37,240 bases of DNA from Perkinsela sp. CCAP 1560/9. Taxonomy: Eukaryota > Protista > Euglenozoa: Kinetoplastea. The notes beneath the pieces are model-generated. The model saw only the letters and a program-made list of their open reading frames with translations, ran no database searches and had not been told where the DNA came from. The position numbers and the translations under genes were made by a program. Positions 9,439 through 21,689 of this stretch are shown here, in pieces (within the stretch, counting starts at the first letter, position 1; every line of letters starts with the position of its first letter). Location of the stretch: contig CBFFSA010000066.1 in assembly GCA_965644495.1 (NCBI GenBank), forward strand, positions 1-37,240. Reading direction: 5' to 3'.

Positions 9439-12400
9439 ACTGGGCTGAAAATTTCCTTTCGCCCAGTCGGGGATCTGATGATGGATCCGGTAATGGAGCT
9501 CCACCTCAATAATATTTCTCGCTGCTGCCAGATCCCGACTCCAGGGACGGTGACATTCGCCACAGCGGTAAGCCTTCTGTTAGGGTTTGTGAATATTCAA
9601 AAAAAAAATCTCTGGAAAGAAAAGGGGTGGGGGAGAAGCAAGAGAGCAGTGATACAAAAAACCAAAGATGAAAAAAAAAGAACAATAAAAAAGTCCAAAA
9701 AACAAAAATTGTACAAAGAACAAGGAAAAACTGTGTGATTCCATTGGGTTGTGAACACAAAAGAAGAGGGAAGGAGGGGGGGGGGATGTTAAGAAGAAGA
9801 AAAAAAGAGTTTTCAAAAATAACCTGTCTCGAACAAGGAAGCCACTTGGATTCATTCTTGATGTTACTTTCCTTTGGGGCACCTTTCTTTTTTTTGAGCA
9901 AAGGTGTTTTGCAACATGGTGAGTACTTTGTGGTTCCGTACTCAATCCCCCAAACACACTCATTAAAGAACGGAGCAAGATGATCTTTCAGACCATCATT
10001 GGCAATGGGACCTGATCTGCTTGTAGCAGGGAAGGTACCATCTCCCCATACCAAAAGAATTGGTGGAAGCTCCTTGGTCATCCCAATCTCCTTGTGGTGG
10101 ACTTCTTTTGCTCTTTCCCAAACAATACGAGCTTTTGTAAGGAGTTCATTGGCAATGGTCGAGTACATTTTTTGTTTTTTCGAAAAACGTTTTTTCCGAA
10201 TCAGTGAGTTCCAGTTGCACTTGTTCACATCTTGGGCAGTGCTGCTGAACTCGACCCCCCATGAATCCCTCAGGAATTGTTTGAGTTTTTGTTGTTGTTC
10301 TTCTTCATCTTCTTCATCTTCTTCATCTTCTTCCTCTTCCTCTTTTTCTTCAGCTCCATCTTCTTCTTCTTCTTTTTTCTCTTTTTCTTTTTCTTCTTCT
10401 TCTTCTTTCTCTTTCTCTTTATTCTCGAAAAACTCTTCTTTCTCCCTTTTCTTTTTCTTTTTCTTTTCCTTTTTCTTCCACATCCTCTTTCTTTTTGTTG
10501 GTCTTTTGACTCTTCCTAATGGAGCCCTTCTACATTCCCTCTCTCTCTTTTTCTTCCAAGAATACTCTCTCTTAGCTCCCGCATCCAACTTGAGGAGAGA
10601 ACGGTATCGACCTTTGGTGAGAACGTACGTTTCAAACAAATGGTCCTCCTTCATCTTCATTTTCCGATCTCTTCTCTCTTGTTTGGACCATTTTTTCTTC
10701 CCCTCGTCTTTTCTCCAGCATCGATATTCCTTCCAATACGATGTTACCGTTTCTTCCTGTGTGATATGGGGAAGTGTACTTTCTCCAATGGTAACCACTT
10801 GCGGGTGTCTTTGTCCCTCTTTGTCCAATTGGGTTTACCACCATAAACTGTCTCTCTTTTCCTTTCTCATCAACATGGGAGACAATGGTGGCCTCATCAC
10901 CAAACCATTTGTGCTCCAATAAATCCAATCTCTTTTTTTGCCACAATTGCAACAAATTTTCTTTCTTTTTCTCCTGTACAAGAAGAGAAATAAGAAAAAA
11001 GCAAAGTGAGTGAGAGAGAACGAGAAAGGCAAGTCAAAAGAGAGAAAAGAAAAAGAGAGAAAAAAAAAATAGAAAGAAAAAAAGGAAAATATGATGATGA
11101 GATAAAAAAACCTTTTTCGGTGATTCTTCTCCTCGACCAATTTCCCCCCCTCCCCTCTCTCCAGAAGAGGAGAGTTCTGGGAGATTTTCTCCATTTCGCA
11201 CTAGACAAATCGCAGCCGAAATTACACATCTTCTCCCTGGATCGACCCCAACACAGAGTGAAAACGGGTGGTTCTCTGCTTCGATTTTCTCATTCTCTTC
11301 TTTCTCTTCTTTTTCTTTTTCTTTTTTCTCTTTTTCTTTTTTCTCTTTTTCTTTTTTCTTCTTCCTCTTCTTCCTCTTCTTCCTCTTCTTCCTCTTCTTC
11401 TCCCTCTTCTTCGTCTTCTTTTTCTTTTCTCTCTTGTTCTTCCTCCTGCATCTTGATCCATGCGTTTTGTCGAGCAACGATTTTTTTGATTGTGTCCAAC
11501 GACGTTTTCTCCCTTTGGATCTGCAATGAATCACAAACCCCCCGGAGCTCACTCATCCGCATTCGTTTCAATACTTCAACAGGTACAGCTTTAAAATTGG
11601 AAGGAATTTGGAGTTTGGTAGTTCTCTCAAAATTCGGTCGAAATTGATACCCGTCCGTCGAAAAAGAACAAAAATCGTTTTGTTTCATTAATTTGCCCTG
11701 AAACAGATTGCTCGAAGGTCCTTGGCCCCACTCTTTTCCCTGGTTCGGTGGAGCAGAAGACATTTTCCTGTTTTTGTTTTAGTGGGAGTTGAATAAAATT
11801 TTTCAAGTTGAAGGAAATTGAATTTGAGATCATGTTTTTTTGTTGTTGTTGTTGTGTGTTGTGTTGTTGTATGGTTGTGCCCCCAAGCAAGGGGGAAGAA
11901 GGGGTGGGGTGTTATGAAAAAAAAAATACCGAAGATGTAAATTTTTGTCCACAAATCCTTGCAGGGGTTTGTCTTCGTCCTCCTGGTAAACCCCTTTCGC
12001 AAATTGCAGTTTAACAATTGTATTGTTAAAGGTAATGAACCGCCTATTACCCACTTTACTAATGGGGGCAACTGTTCGACTAGCAATCCCAATTTCGAGA
12101 AGTTTGTCTTGCAGCTGCAAAAAGAATGGAACAATTTTGAGGGCATTTTTCTTGCTGAATGCGTTGTCTCTCTTCAAGGTTGTTTGCTGAAATTTAGGTA
12201 CCAATGGTGCCAACTCTTTGGAAACAAAGTTTTCGACCGCATCCCTTCCGTCTTCACTCTTAAATCCTTGCACAGCAGGAAAAGAACAGTTCTCACCTCC
12301 CAACAATTGACCCACTAAAACGCGAGAACAATAATAAGTCGAATTGTTCTTTTTCTCATCCGAGAAACGATTGGTTATCTTGTGGATGAGAAGCTTTTTG

Positions 12401-14077
12401 CAAAAGCCACGAACTCTTCGGAGACCAACAAGAAAATTCGTTATTTGTTGATTTCGGATTTGATGGGTCCACATAATCAGAATTTTCTTTCCCTTCGCTA
12501 TACCTTCCTCCAATTTCGGAAGTGGAGATTTGGAGTTGAGGGCAATTCGTAGCTGCTCCCGAAAGGAACCATACTTCGTTTCCAATTTATCACTGCAAAG
12601 GATATTGTACAACCGAACGTGACCTCGAATTCCTTGACTGCATTTCAAAGTTTGGTTCTCGAAATCGCCGGAGGTCAGCCAGGCAATACGGAGAAAGAAA
12701 TCCCAAAGAGACTCGAGTGATTCTTTCGCTTCAAGAGGAGAACAACTCTCCCTTTTGTAGCCTTCAAAGTGGACAGCCGAAAGAATTGAGGTGATATAAG
12801 CTATCTCACTCAAACACCGACTCATTGCAGGTACAAAAATCCGAAGGAACGATGTTTGTGGACAAACACTCGAGCAACTTGTTGTTCGTGTGAAAGATTT
12901 GTTCTCGACAACACCATCTTTGGTTTTGGGATCTGAAGATAAAGACAAACGTTGCTCGTCCACCAGTATATCGTCAGCTTTTGATTGAAGGGCTGCCAGT
13001 AGATCTTCTTTCGAAATATCATGGTTCTCCCACGTCAGTTTTCCTTTGTCAATCGCGTTCATCGCCTGCTTAACTGATCGTGACGTATTCAGCTTTCTAT
13101 AACCTTGTATTTTTGCATCCCCCACAACCTTCTGATAAGAAGAACTATTGAAAAAAAAAAGAAATCAATGAATTTGAAAGTTTCCTGAAATAAGAAAAAA
13201 AAAATAAATCGCAAACACACACAAAAAAAAGAGAAATAAAGCGAAAAGTAGAAGAGAGAACTTTGAAAGTGGAGGTTGTGAGGTTGAAACCAATAAAGGA
13301 GCAGGCTTTGTATGATGACTCTTCTGAGACAAAGTTGAAGGAGACTGACCAAATACACCAGCAGAGGAAGAACTGGAGCAGCGTTTTGTGCGAGTTTTCG
13401 AAGCATGTTGCTGAAGGTGGTGTGGATTAACTTGTGGTGTTGGGTGTTGGGTGTCCAACATCAATACACTTGAACGAGGAGGTAATGGTGGCAGTAACGA
13501 CGATGATGTTTGTGGTTCCTTGAGCATCGTCCTAAATTTTTTGCCTTTCGGTTTGTTTTCCAGGCTCAACCGACGATTCTGAGAGGTTGAGTGAGGATCT
13601 TGAGAAGGTTGTGTTTCACAGTGTTGAGCTGATGCTTCAGTAGTAGTGATACCACCTGAAAATAGAAAAAACAAGAAGAGGACAGAGAAGAGAAAAGTGA
13701 GACAAGAGTGTTAATCGGAGGAGAGAACACTGAGAAAAAACCTTGGGAATCCTTTGGTTGTTGTTGACCTCCAGCAGGGCCAGAGAATAAGGGATTGGAG
13801 TTAGTAAACTCCTCATCATCATCATGTTTCGCTCTTTTGGTTGGAGGACGATCAGTTGTTTGTGGTGAATTGAGTGCTGAATGACTGCTGAGTGATTGCT
13901 TTCTACTGCTGGAAAACATTTTTTTTTTTTAATAACAATAAGGGAATAATAATAAGGGAAGCAAAAAAAAAAGATCGAAAAAAGACCTCTCCACCCACTA
14001 CTCCTGTTGCTAGGCGACACTTCCATCTGCATTGGTGATGCTTTTGTCTTTTTCTCTTTTTTCTCCGGAGTCTCCAT
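9385..14077 (-). CDS. Large spliced Fanzor1-like RNA-guided nuclease, copy B (roughly 1,250-1,300 aa; two apparent frameshifts; 5' exons uncertain)
   Basis: FSTDGYQ; RuvC-I VGVDPGRR (Asp 11241-11243); LLVWGDGTFP; RuvC-II WGIEYGTTKYSPCC (Glu 9941-9943). After intron 9577-9823 (GTTATT...CTAACAG) the frame reads KAYRCGECHRPWSRDLAAARNII, giving the CxxC and RuvC-III Asp (9532-9534), with TAA at 9385-9387. Other introns: 10974-11111, 11768-11929. Frameshifts at ~11355 (A-run) and ~10830. Start is ATG 14077 or 13919. Confidence 0.92.
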
Positions 14078-15365
14078 CCAGGACTTTCGCTCTTTAATTA
14101 AAATAATTTGTCAATAAAATAATCTGAATCACTTCAGAAGAAGAAAAAGAAAGAGAAAACCAAATCAAAAAAAAGGAAATCGAGAAACTGATTGAAACTG
14201 AACACAAAACCAAGACGAACAATTGAAGAGAAAAATGACATCTTGTCAAAAACATGTTGACGACAGGTACTCACCGGCACAATTTATCGTCACGTGGAGG
14301 GGTTGGGTGTGACACAGACCACAGAAGGCTCTTTTCTCCGAAGAATATTCACTGAAGAATTAAATAGTGTCGTCTATCTTGCCGCATGGGTGGGTTGAGG
14401 TCATCCCACTCAACACCCAACTTTTTTGTTTTCACGACCATCCTTTCTTCAAACTCTGCAAAAGCCCCAAAAGAGAAAAGAAAAAGCGCGTTTTTTGATT
14501 TTTTTTTTTTTTTCGGTTCGTTTTTCCTCTCTCCAACTCCCCCCCCAAAGCCAAGCCGCAGAAACAAAAAACAAATCATCCCAGAACAAATTGTTGTTTT
14601 TCTTTTTCTGTGAGATGACAATTTTATCAAAAAACAAGAAAGACAGAACAATTGAAAGGATTTTTGTGGTGATGTTTTGGAGTTTTATGAACAAATTAAA
14701 TAGTTCTTTTGATGTTCAAACAACTCTTTTTTCTTCTTTGATATTTTTAAGCTATTTGATCCCTCAAGAATTGAATGTCGCAGAAGATGATCCAATTCTC
14801 ACTGAGAGAGAGAGAGAGAGGGGAGTCAGGGAGTTAGGGAGTCAGGGAGACTTGAGATCCCACCAGACAAGGTTCTTTTTTTTCTTTTTCTTTTCCTCTT
14901 TTTTTTTTTTTTTTTCTTTTTCTCTTTTTTTTTCTTCCTTCCTTTTCTTATGTTTAATCTTCTGTTTATCTTCTGTTTAATCTTTTATTTTAAAACAGAG
15001 ACAAAAGTGTTCCATATCTTATCAGAAAAGAGTGGAAATTGAAAAGGGTCCTTTTCCTTGATTGATCTGCTTTCAATCAGAGGTTTTTTCTTCTTTTCTT
15101 CCTGTTTCTTCCTTATCTTTTCCTCTTTCCCTTTGAAAAGAGAAAAGTTCGAGATGATATCATTTTTTGATTTTTCTCTTTCTTTTCTCTTGCTCTCTTT
15201 TCATTAAAGGGATGAAATATTTTTCTTCTCACTGTGGTTTCTTTACTTTTGATAAATATTTTTGAGTCAGAGGAGATAATGAGAACAAAGAATTTATTAT
15301 TGGTTAAAGCTGCAAAATCCTGCTATTTTCAAGAAAATAATCCCTCAACGAGTGCATGGCAGTTG

Positions 15366-15496
15366 CAGCATTTGAAATCAACCACATCAAATCAATCTCC
15401 CAATCCCTCCCCCAAGAAGAAGAAGAATACCATTCCCAATCCGTCTACATCACAATTATCACCAAACTCCTCATCCAAACAACTTCAATTTTTCCA
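15366..15496 (+). pseudogene. Inverted ~130-bp copy of part of the gene at 16006-17571
   Basis: Near-identical to the reverse complement of 16798-16934 (AFEINHIKSISQSLPQEEEEYHSQSVYITIITKLLIQTTSIFP), followed by stop codons. Confidence 0.85.
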
Positions 15497-16005
15497 CCCA
15501 ATTTTTCCACCCATTGATACTCTGTTCTCCTGCAGGCTTTCACCCTTTCCACCAATCTTCTTTCTTGGTCATATTAGTGACCAACTACTCGACCAAAACC
15601 TCTAAAAAAGAAACCAGATTTCTTTTAGAAAAAGTTTCCTTTTTTTTGAAAACTTTTTTTTGGGATTTTAGTTTGTGCCTGGCAGATTGCTTGCTTATCC
15701 AGCGAGTCAATTATGGCAAGCTCCTCCAAAGACCCAATATTTTTTTTAATAGATTCTGAGGTTTTATTTTTTCTTTCAAACAAGATTCTTTTGTTAACAG
15801 TGGCATTCGATTTCTTTCAAAAATAATTTCACAGGAAATGATTTTTAATAAAATATTTTAAAAAATTATCTTTAAAATTGATCATTTAAGGAGAAAGAAA
15901 AAGAAAAAAAAAGAAAGGGGGAGAGAAAGAGAAAGAGAGGGAAGAAGAAGGAAGAGAGAGGTAGAGGAGAGGTAGAGAAAGAAAGAGAGAAGAGGAATAA
16001 ACAAT

Positions 16006-17571
16006 TCACCAAAAACTTGGAGAAGAAGTGGTTGAGACACAGGTCAAACCATTTTCAGTTGTAATTTTGAAATTGGATTTGAGACAAAACTTAATTGAAG
16101 AGATCAATGATGAAAAAGAAGGATCAAAGGAAGGAAGAGTTTTCAATAAATTGCAAAAACAAGATGGACTTGCAGCAGCTTTCTTATGGACCAAATCATT
16201 TGTCAAAATCAAAGAATGGACAAGAGAGATCGAAAATGATCCACTTTCCAAAATATTGTTGATGAGAGAAGTCACCTCTTCAAAGACAAAGATTCCCAAA
16301 GACTTTGATTTGGTCATATTGATCAGAACGGACATAAGAATTGTTGATTTGGCATTGGGAGAAGCAATTGGATCAATGGCAACCGCATGAGCAACAGCAG
16401 CAAGGCTATTTGAATCTCCTCCAACCAATCTCTTTTCCCATCCTCGCAAGCGAAGTTGACAAGAAGCATCTTGTGAACAAACTCCAACATTAACCATTTG
16501 AGAAAGAAGAGAGATTGAGAGAATCTGACTCAACCTGGGGAAGTATTCTGTGATTATATCTTCAAAGATTGAGAGAGAGGGGGGGTGAGAGGCGGAGAGA
16601 GAGAGGAAGGAAGAGAGGATGGAGTTGAAGGTTTGGTCTGGGGTGGGAGAGAGAGAGAGAGAGAGAAGGATATTGGAGAGAATTGTGGGGTTTGGGTGGA
16701 AGAGAAGGAGAGAGAGGAGAGAGGGTTGTTGGTGTTGGAGTTGGAGTGATGGAGTTGTTGGAACTGTTGGAGTTGATGGAGTAGTTGATGGAGTTGATGG
16801 AAAAATTGAAGTTGTTTGGATGAGGAGTTTGGTGATGATTGTGATGTAGACGGATTGGGAATGGTATTCTTCTTCTTCTTCTTCTTGGGGGAGGGATTGG
16901 GAGATTGACTTGATGTGATTGATTTCAAATGCTGTTAATTTTTCTCGGTTTTCTTTTTCTCTTTCCCCTCTTTCCTCTCTTTTCTCTCTTTTCTCTCTTT
17001 CTTCTTTTTCTCTTTCTTCTCTTTCTTCTTTTTCTCTTTCTTCTCTTTCTCTTTTTTCTTTTTCTCTTTCTTCTGTTTCTCTTCTTTCTTCTCTTTCTCT
17101 TTCTTCTTCTCTTTCTTTTTCTTCTCTTTCTTCTCTTTCTCTTTCTTCTCTTTCTCTTCTTTCTTCTCTTTCTCTTTCTTCTTTTTCTTCTTTTTCTTCT
17201 TTTTCTTCTCTTTCTTCTCTTTCTTCTCTTTCTTCTCTTTCTCCTCTTTCTTCTCTTTCTTCTCTTTCTTCTCTTCTTTCGAGTTTTTCTCTCTCTCTTC
17301 TGTTTCTCTTTGCTCTGTTTCTCTTTGCTTTCCTTTTTTCTTTTTGTCTTTCTTCTCTTTCTTCCCTTTCTTTTCTTTCTTCCTCTCCTTCTTCTCTTTC
17401 TCTTCTTTTTTCCTCGTTTCTTTCTCGTTCTTCTCTTTCCCGTTCTCTTCTTTCTCTTCTATTTTTCTGTTTCCTTGCTCTCTGTTTCTCTTTTCTCTCC
17501 CTTTCTCTCTCTTCGCTTTCGCTCTCTCTTTCCACCCCTTTTATCTCTCCTAAAACCAGACCACAATCCAT
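16006..17571 (-). CDS. Hypothetical protein: E/R/K low-complexity N-terminal part followed by a helical region
   Basis: 521-codon ORF with a protein-like C-terminal 300 aa; start uncertain; no family recognised. Confidence 0.5.
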   Translation of the reverse strand: MDCGLVLGEIKGVERESESEERERERKEKQRARKQKNRRERREREREERERNEEKRREREEGEEERKEREEREERQKEKRKAKRNRAKRNRREREKLERREEREEREERGEREEREEREEREEKEEKEEKEEREREERREREEREREEREEKEREEEREREERRETEEREKEKREREEREKEEREEREKEEREKREKREERGEREKENREKLTAFEINHIKSISQSLPQEEEEEEYHSQSVYITIITKLLIQTTSIFPSTPSTTPSTPTVPTTPSLQLQHQQPSLLSLLLFHPNPTILSNILLSLSLSPTPDQTFNSILSSFLSLSASHPPSLSIFEDIITEYFPRLSQILSISLLSQMVNVGVCSQDASCQLRLRGWEKRLVGGDSNSLAAVAHAVAIDPIASPNAKSTILMSVLINMTKSKSLGIFVFEEVTSLINNILESGSFSISLVHSLILTNDLVHKKAAASPSCFCNLLKTLPSFDPSFSSLISSIKFCLKSNFKITTENGLTCVSTTSSPSFW

Positions 17572-17863
17572 TCAATACTTATTATTTCAAAAAAAAAACC
17601 CCCGAAAAAAAACCCCAAAGTCAAAAATTGGCATAATGCCATCATTTTATTTGTTGCTGCTCAAAATGTGCACCCATTGATGAACAAGTTGTTAAAATTT
17701 AAATTTTTTTTTTTTAATCTTTTTTCTTCAAGGATGGGCAGACTCCTCTTGAGAAAGAAAATTTTGCAGAAATTGTAAAGATTTTTATTGAATATCGTGC
17801 CAGTGTGAATATTCAAAACAAAGTTTTTTCTTTTTTTTTTATGTTCTAGTTTTTGTTTTTTGA

Positions 17864-19043
17864 TCAACTCACACAATCTCCCTTGTCAAAATTGTCACTC
17901 TCCTCATCATCCTCAATCCCCTCTCGATCATACTTCATCTTCCTTCCACGAGGGAAAAGAGGATTTCTCCAAACCCAAATAGAAACCAAATAGACAGAAA
18001 TCAACAAGAAACCCCCCCTACAATGACCACAAAGAAAAAGAAATATTTTTTCCAAAGACGCCAAACTATTCAACCTCACTGTATCCAATTTCTCTACCAC
18101 CACCATCTCCAAGAACTGGAATAAGTCGAACTTCCGCATGATCTCCATTTTCAAAACTCTGGCGATCGTCTTGAAACTCAAACTCAAATTTCGAATTCAT
18201 TTTCTCAGTTGGCCCGTAGATGACAATTTTTGAATAATAATTTTTGATTGGTCCGTTGGAAAAAAGATGGAACATTGCATCATGATCCTGATCAACACCA
18301 ACTTGAAAACGTTCATCGCGAAGGTAACTGGTTTGAATAAGAGAATCATACGTATTGCCATCATTCCCATTATTTGTGTACTTGGTACTGGCAAGGAACT
18401 CCAGCTGAGTGTCTGAACAAAAACTGGTGTGACATTTTGTCTCGGAATGATAACATCGAGCATCAAGGAAGTATGTAGTGCCACCTCCGTGATTTTCTTG
18501 AAAAGAAAGGAAGTCTTGTTTGGATAGAGGTTCCAGTCTGAAATCCAAGGCAAGGATCGGATTCGTCCTCTGGGAAGTGTGAAGTACTTCACACTTCACA
18601 GCAATAGTGAAACTAAAGGGGTATGATTCAACGAAATCAACTCGCTCAATTGTAGAGGAGGTGTTGATCCCAAATTGGAAACGGAATGGTCGCAACTTCG
18701 TTTCAAAGAGCGACAAACACTGCTTTCTTTTGTTGGTTGAAGTGAGATAACATCTTGGAGAGAGACAGAGTGGGAGGACTGGGACGATTGCCTGGAACTC
18801 GTGAGAAGGAACTGAGAAGAGAAGAAACGACAAAAAACGACAGTTGTTGTTGTGAAGAAAGTCATCAGCAGAAAGATTGGGTTGGGTTGATCGGGTTCGT
18901 CTCGGAGTATTTGGGACACTTGCGTTGTTCTCCTTCTTGGAATTTGGCTGCAAACACAAAGTACGTTGCAAGAGTCGTTCCGTTAGCCGCCACAAAGGGC
19001 AGAAAGGTTCCACAGTGTGTCCCCTTGATAATAGGAAGCTCAA
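17864..19043 (-). CDS. Hypothetical protein (probably spliced at ~18070 to a terminal acidic exon)
   Basis: 325-codon ORF of normal complexity, GTTGAA donor after YSE and a downstream exon ending DKGDCVS*; 5' end uncertain. Confidence 0.45.
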
Positions 19044-19396
19044 CCCTTTGATAGAGAAGTGGTATTTCCAAGTCCCAAATCATCTGTATGCCTCTTCAGA
19101 AATCGCTGAATTGTCGAGCGTGAGCTCGTCTTGATATTTTTGAAAACATATCTTCAGCCGCTTTGTTCAACTGTCCAAGGTCTTTGAAAAAAATAAAATT
19201 CATCAAAGCAACAAAAAGGAGAATCACGTCGAGAAAATTTCCTTTTCTTTGTGAGAGATTTTAAGCCCGAAAAATCAGCACAAGGGAGCGTTTTTGCACA
19301 AAATAAATAAAATTGCGCCACTTCTGTGGCGAAAATAGGGATTTAATAAAAATAAAAGTTTTTTTTTTTTTGAAAACCAAAAAGAAAGTTCGGGGT

Positions 19397-21266
19397 ATGG
19401 ATCCCTTTGCTGGGTTGGACAATCGACGTTCTGAACTTCAAGATTCTTTGCTCTTCCATCGTTCTCGTGAACGCGAGGTTTTGATTTTTGGCTTCTCTTT
19501 CCGTCTCTTCTTGTTTTTTGTCTTCTGGAGAAATTTTCTCTATCTTCCTCATAAAATATTGTTTTGTGTGTTGGTTCCTTTGGATTTACAAAAGAGAAAA
19601 ACAGGGTTTTCAGAAAGGAGAACATCTGTCAGAGTTGTTTCCAGATTTTCCACAAATCTGGGCGATATTTGATGAAGATTTCGCTTCCTTGCTTTCGCCT
19701 TCAAATCCCTCCTCTCCCTCAACTCAAAACTCAACATTCAACACAACCCAAATCAAACTCTTGCTCCAAGTGTTGTGGTTAGGAAGAGAGCACCAGAAGA
19801 TAAACAACATCACTTCCAACCCTGAAATCTACTCTCATGCCCTCCATATCGCAAGAGCAGCCCCCCCTGATATCTTCCTCGACTTCATCCTCGACTTTCT
19901 TCTCTTTCTTCTCCGCCACTCTGAATCCTCCAAAAAGGACCTCTTCCAATATTTCGTCCATGACCAAAACCAAACTCTCATCCCAATAATTTTACCATGC
20001 GACACTAACACCATCCATCCAAAGACCGAGTGTTATTTAAGAGAAGTCATCCTCGAAGACAAATTAAAAGGAACAACATATCAGCTCCTGTTCAACCACC
20101 TTCTCTTAGTCTTGTCAGGGCAGAGAAACCCTTGGTCTTCTCTTTCTCTCTCTCTCTGTAATCTCGTTCTTAATCTGATCGCAATGGCCAAGGCAAATGG
20201 CTTAGTTCAGCTTCAACTTCCGCCACATCATTACTGTTTCTGGAGACGGTTTTTGACAAGAAAGATTGAGGGAGAGGAGAGGGAAGAGAGTAAGGAGTGT
20301 GAAAGCCAGGGGGAAGATTCACACTTGACGCACCACCTTCTTGATCTCTTTTCTTTTCTTTTAAGTTGTATTCCTGAATGTCACGAGGAACAACAACAAT
20401 CAGAACAATCAGAACAGCAAAAAGCATCCAAACCAGATATGATAGTCGTTGAAGCTTTTGTCAGAGCAATTTATTGTGAGCGAATTCAATTAATTCTCGA
20501 TGACCAACTCCTCCAATACCAACTCAAACCCCAACACCAACAATTCCAACAGCACTGCAACAGTACCACCACCACCTTATCCCTTTCCTTCATCTTGAAG
20601 CTGCTCTATCAACTTAGCAGAAGTGGAGTGCTCCCTCACAACAACTTCAGTCGATATTTCCCCTCTTTGATTTCGATCTTGTCATCACAAGCGATGTCGC
20701 ACCTCCACCAACTCCAAACCGATCTAACCACATCAAATAACTCGCAACAAACAGGCATTAGCTCTTTCCTTCTTTGGAAACTGATCAAACAGTTGTTCTT
20801 CCAGTACCAAAAAAAAGACTTAGAGGAAGTGTTCCTACCCTTTTTGAAGATTGTCAAAGATCTTTTGAAGCAGTTACGGAAGATTGACGAGAATGGAACC
20901 CAACGATCTTTGAAGGTGCGGGAGTGTGCGGAGTGGGTGTTTGATCTTCAAGCTCTTCTTCTTCTTCCACTAAAAAAATTCCTCTCCCCTCCTCAATTTG
21001 AAGATGAAACTTTTTACCCAGAACTAGCCCCAGAGTTGGCTTCCATTCTTAGCTACTTCGATGGCGCTGGGCCGAGTGGTTTGGTCCCTCCTCGACACAT
21101 CAAAAATGAGCCGGTTCAAGACAATCAGGTCATGATCCAATGTCCTCCCACTCCAATGTCCAACTCAGAAAAGATCAAAGAATTGAAAGCACAAATTGAA
21201 GAGTTGAAACGACAGAAGCGGTTGGAGGAACTGGCCCGCGAAATTGAAAGACTTGAGAAGAAGTAG
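19397..21266 (+). CDS. Uncharacterised alpha-helical protein (family X, copy 2) with a C-terminal short coiled coil
   Basis: First exon MDPFAGLDNRRSELQ...ERE, then an intron, then a ~560-codon ORF. Homologous to 6946-8859 (LVQLQLPPHHYCFWR/LVRLVIPRHEDTFWR; CAEWVFDL...LPLKK/SASWLFEI...GPLKK). Confidence 0.78.
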
Positions 21267-21689
21267 ATCGAAGAAAGAGCTATTTTGTTTCATTTAACAA
21301 GAAGTTGTTACATTGAGATAGAAAAAGACGGATGAGAAATAAATTCATTTCTTTTTTGTGTTTACACCTTTGTTCATTTGAGCCTTTTTAATTTCATGAA
21401 TTTATTTAAAAATCCGAAAAAAAAGGAAAGGAAGGAAGTTCCCAAACAATCCCTCGCAAGCAAATCTTGTGACGGCGTGATAAAATTGGCCACTCTTTTA
21501 GCACATCCGGTTTTGGTCATCGGAGCTCCAAGAAAATGTCTGGACTTTTGGGTACTTTTTTACATCTCGGTCTGGACTCGTAGAAAAATCAAAAAGTTTC
21601 TTGTTCTCCAACTCCTTCTTTTTGCATTTTTTTTCTCTCCTTCTCCGCTTTCGGAGAACTTTTGTTTGTTTCCTCTTTTCGAAAGAAAA

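Noticed and set aside
13463-13471. 9-nt match to the putative guide of Fanzor A (AATACACTT) within Fanzor B
   Set aside because: Too short; expected by chance in AT-rich sequence of this length.
16919-17680. Long Leu/Phe/Ser ORFs suggesting membrane proteins (also at 259-504, 2060-2962, 9999-10922 and 36626-37161)
   Set aside because: These are alternative-frame or antisense translations of CT/GA low-complexity tracts.
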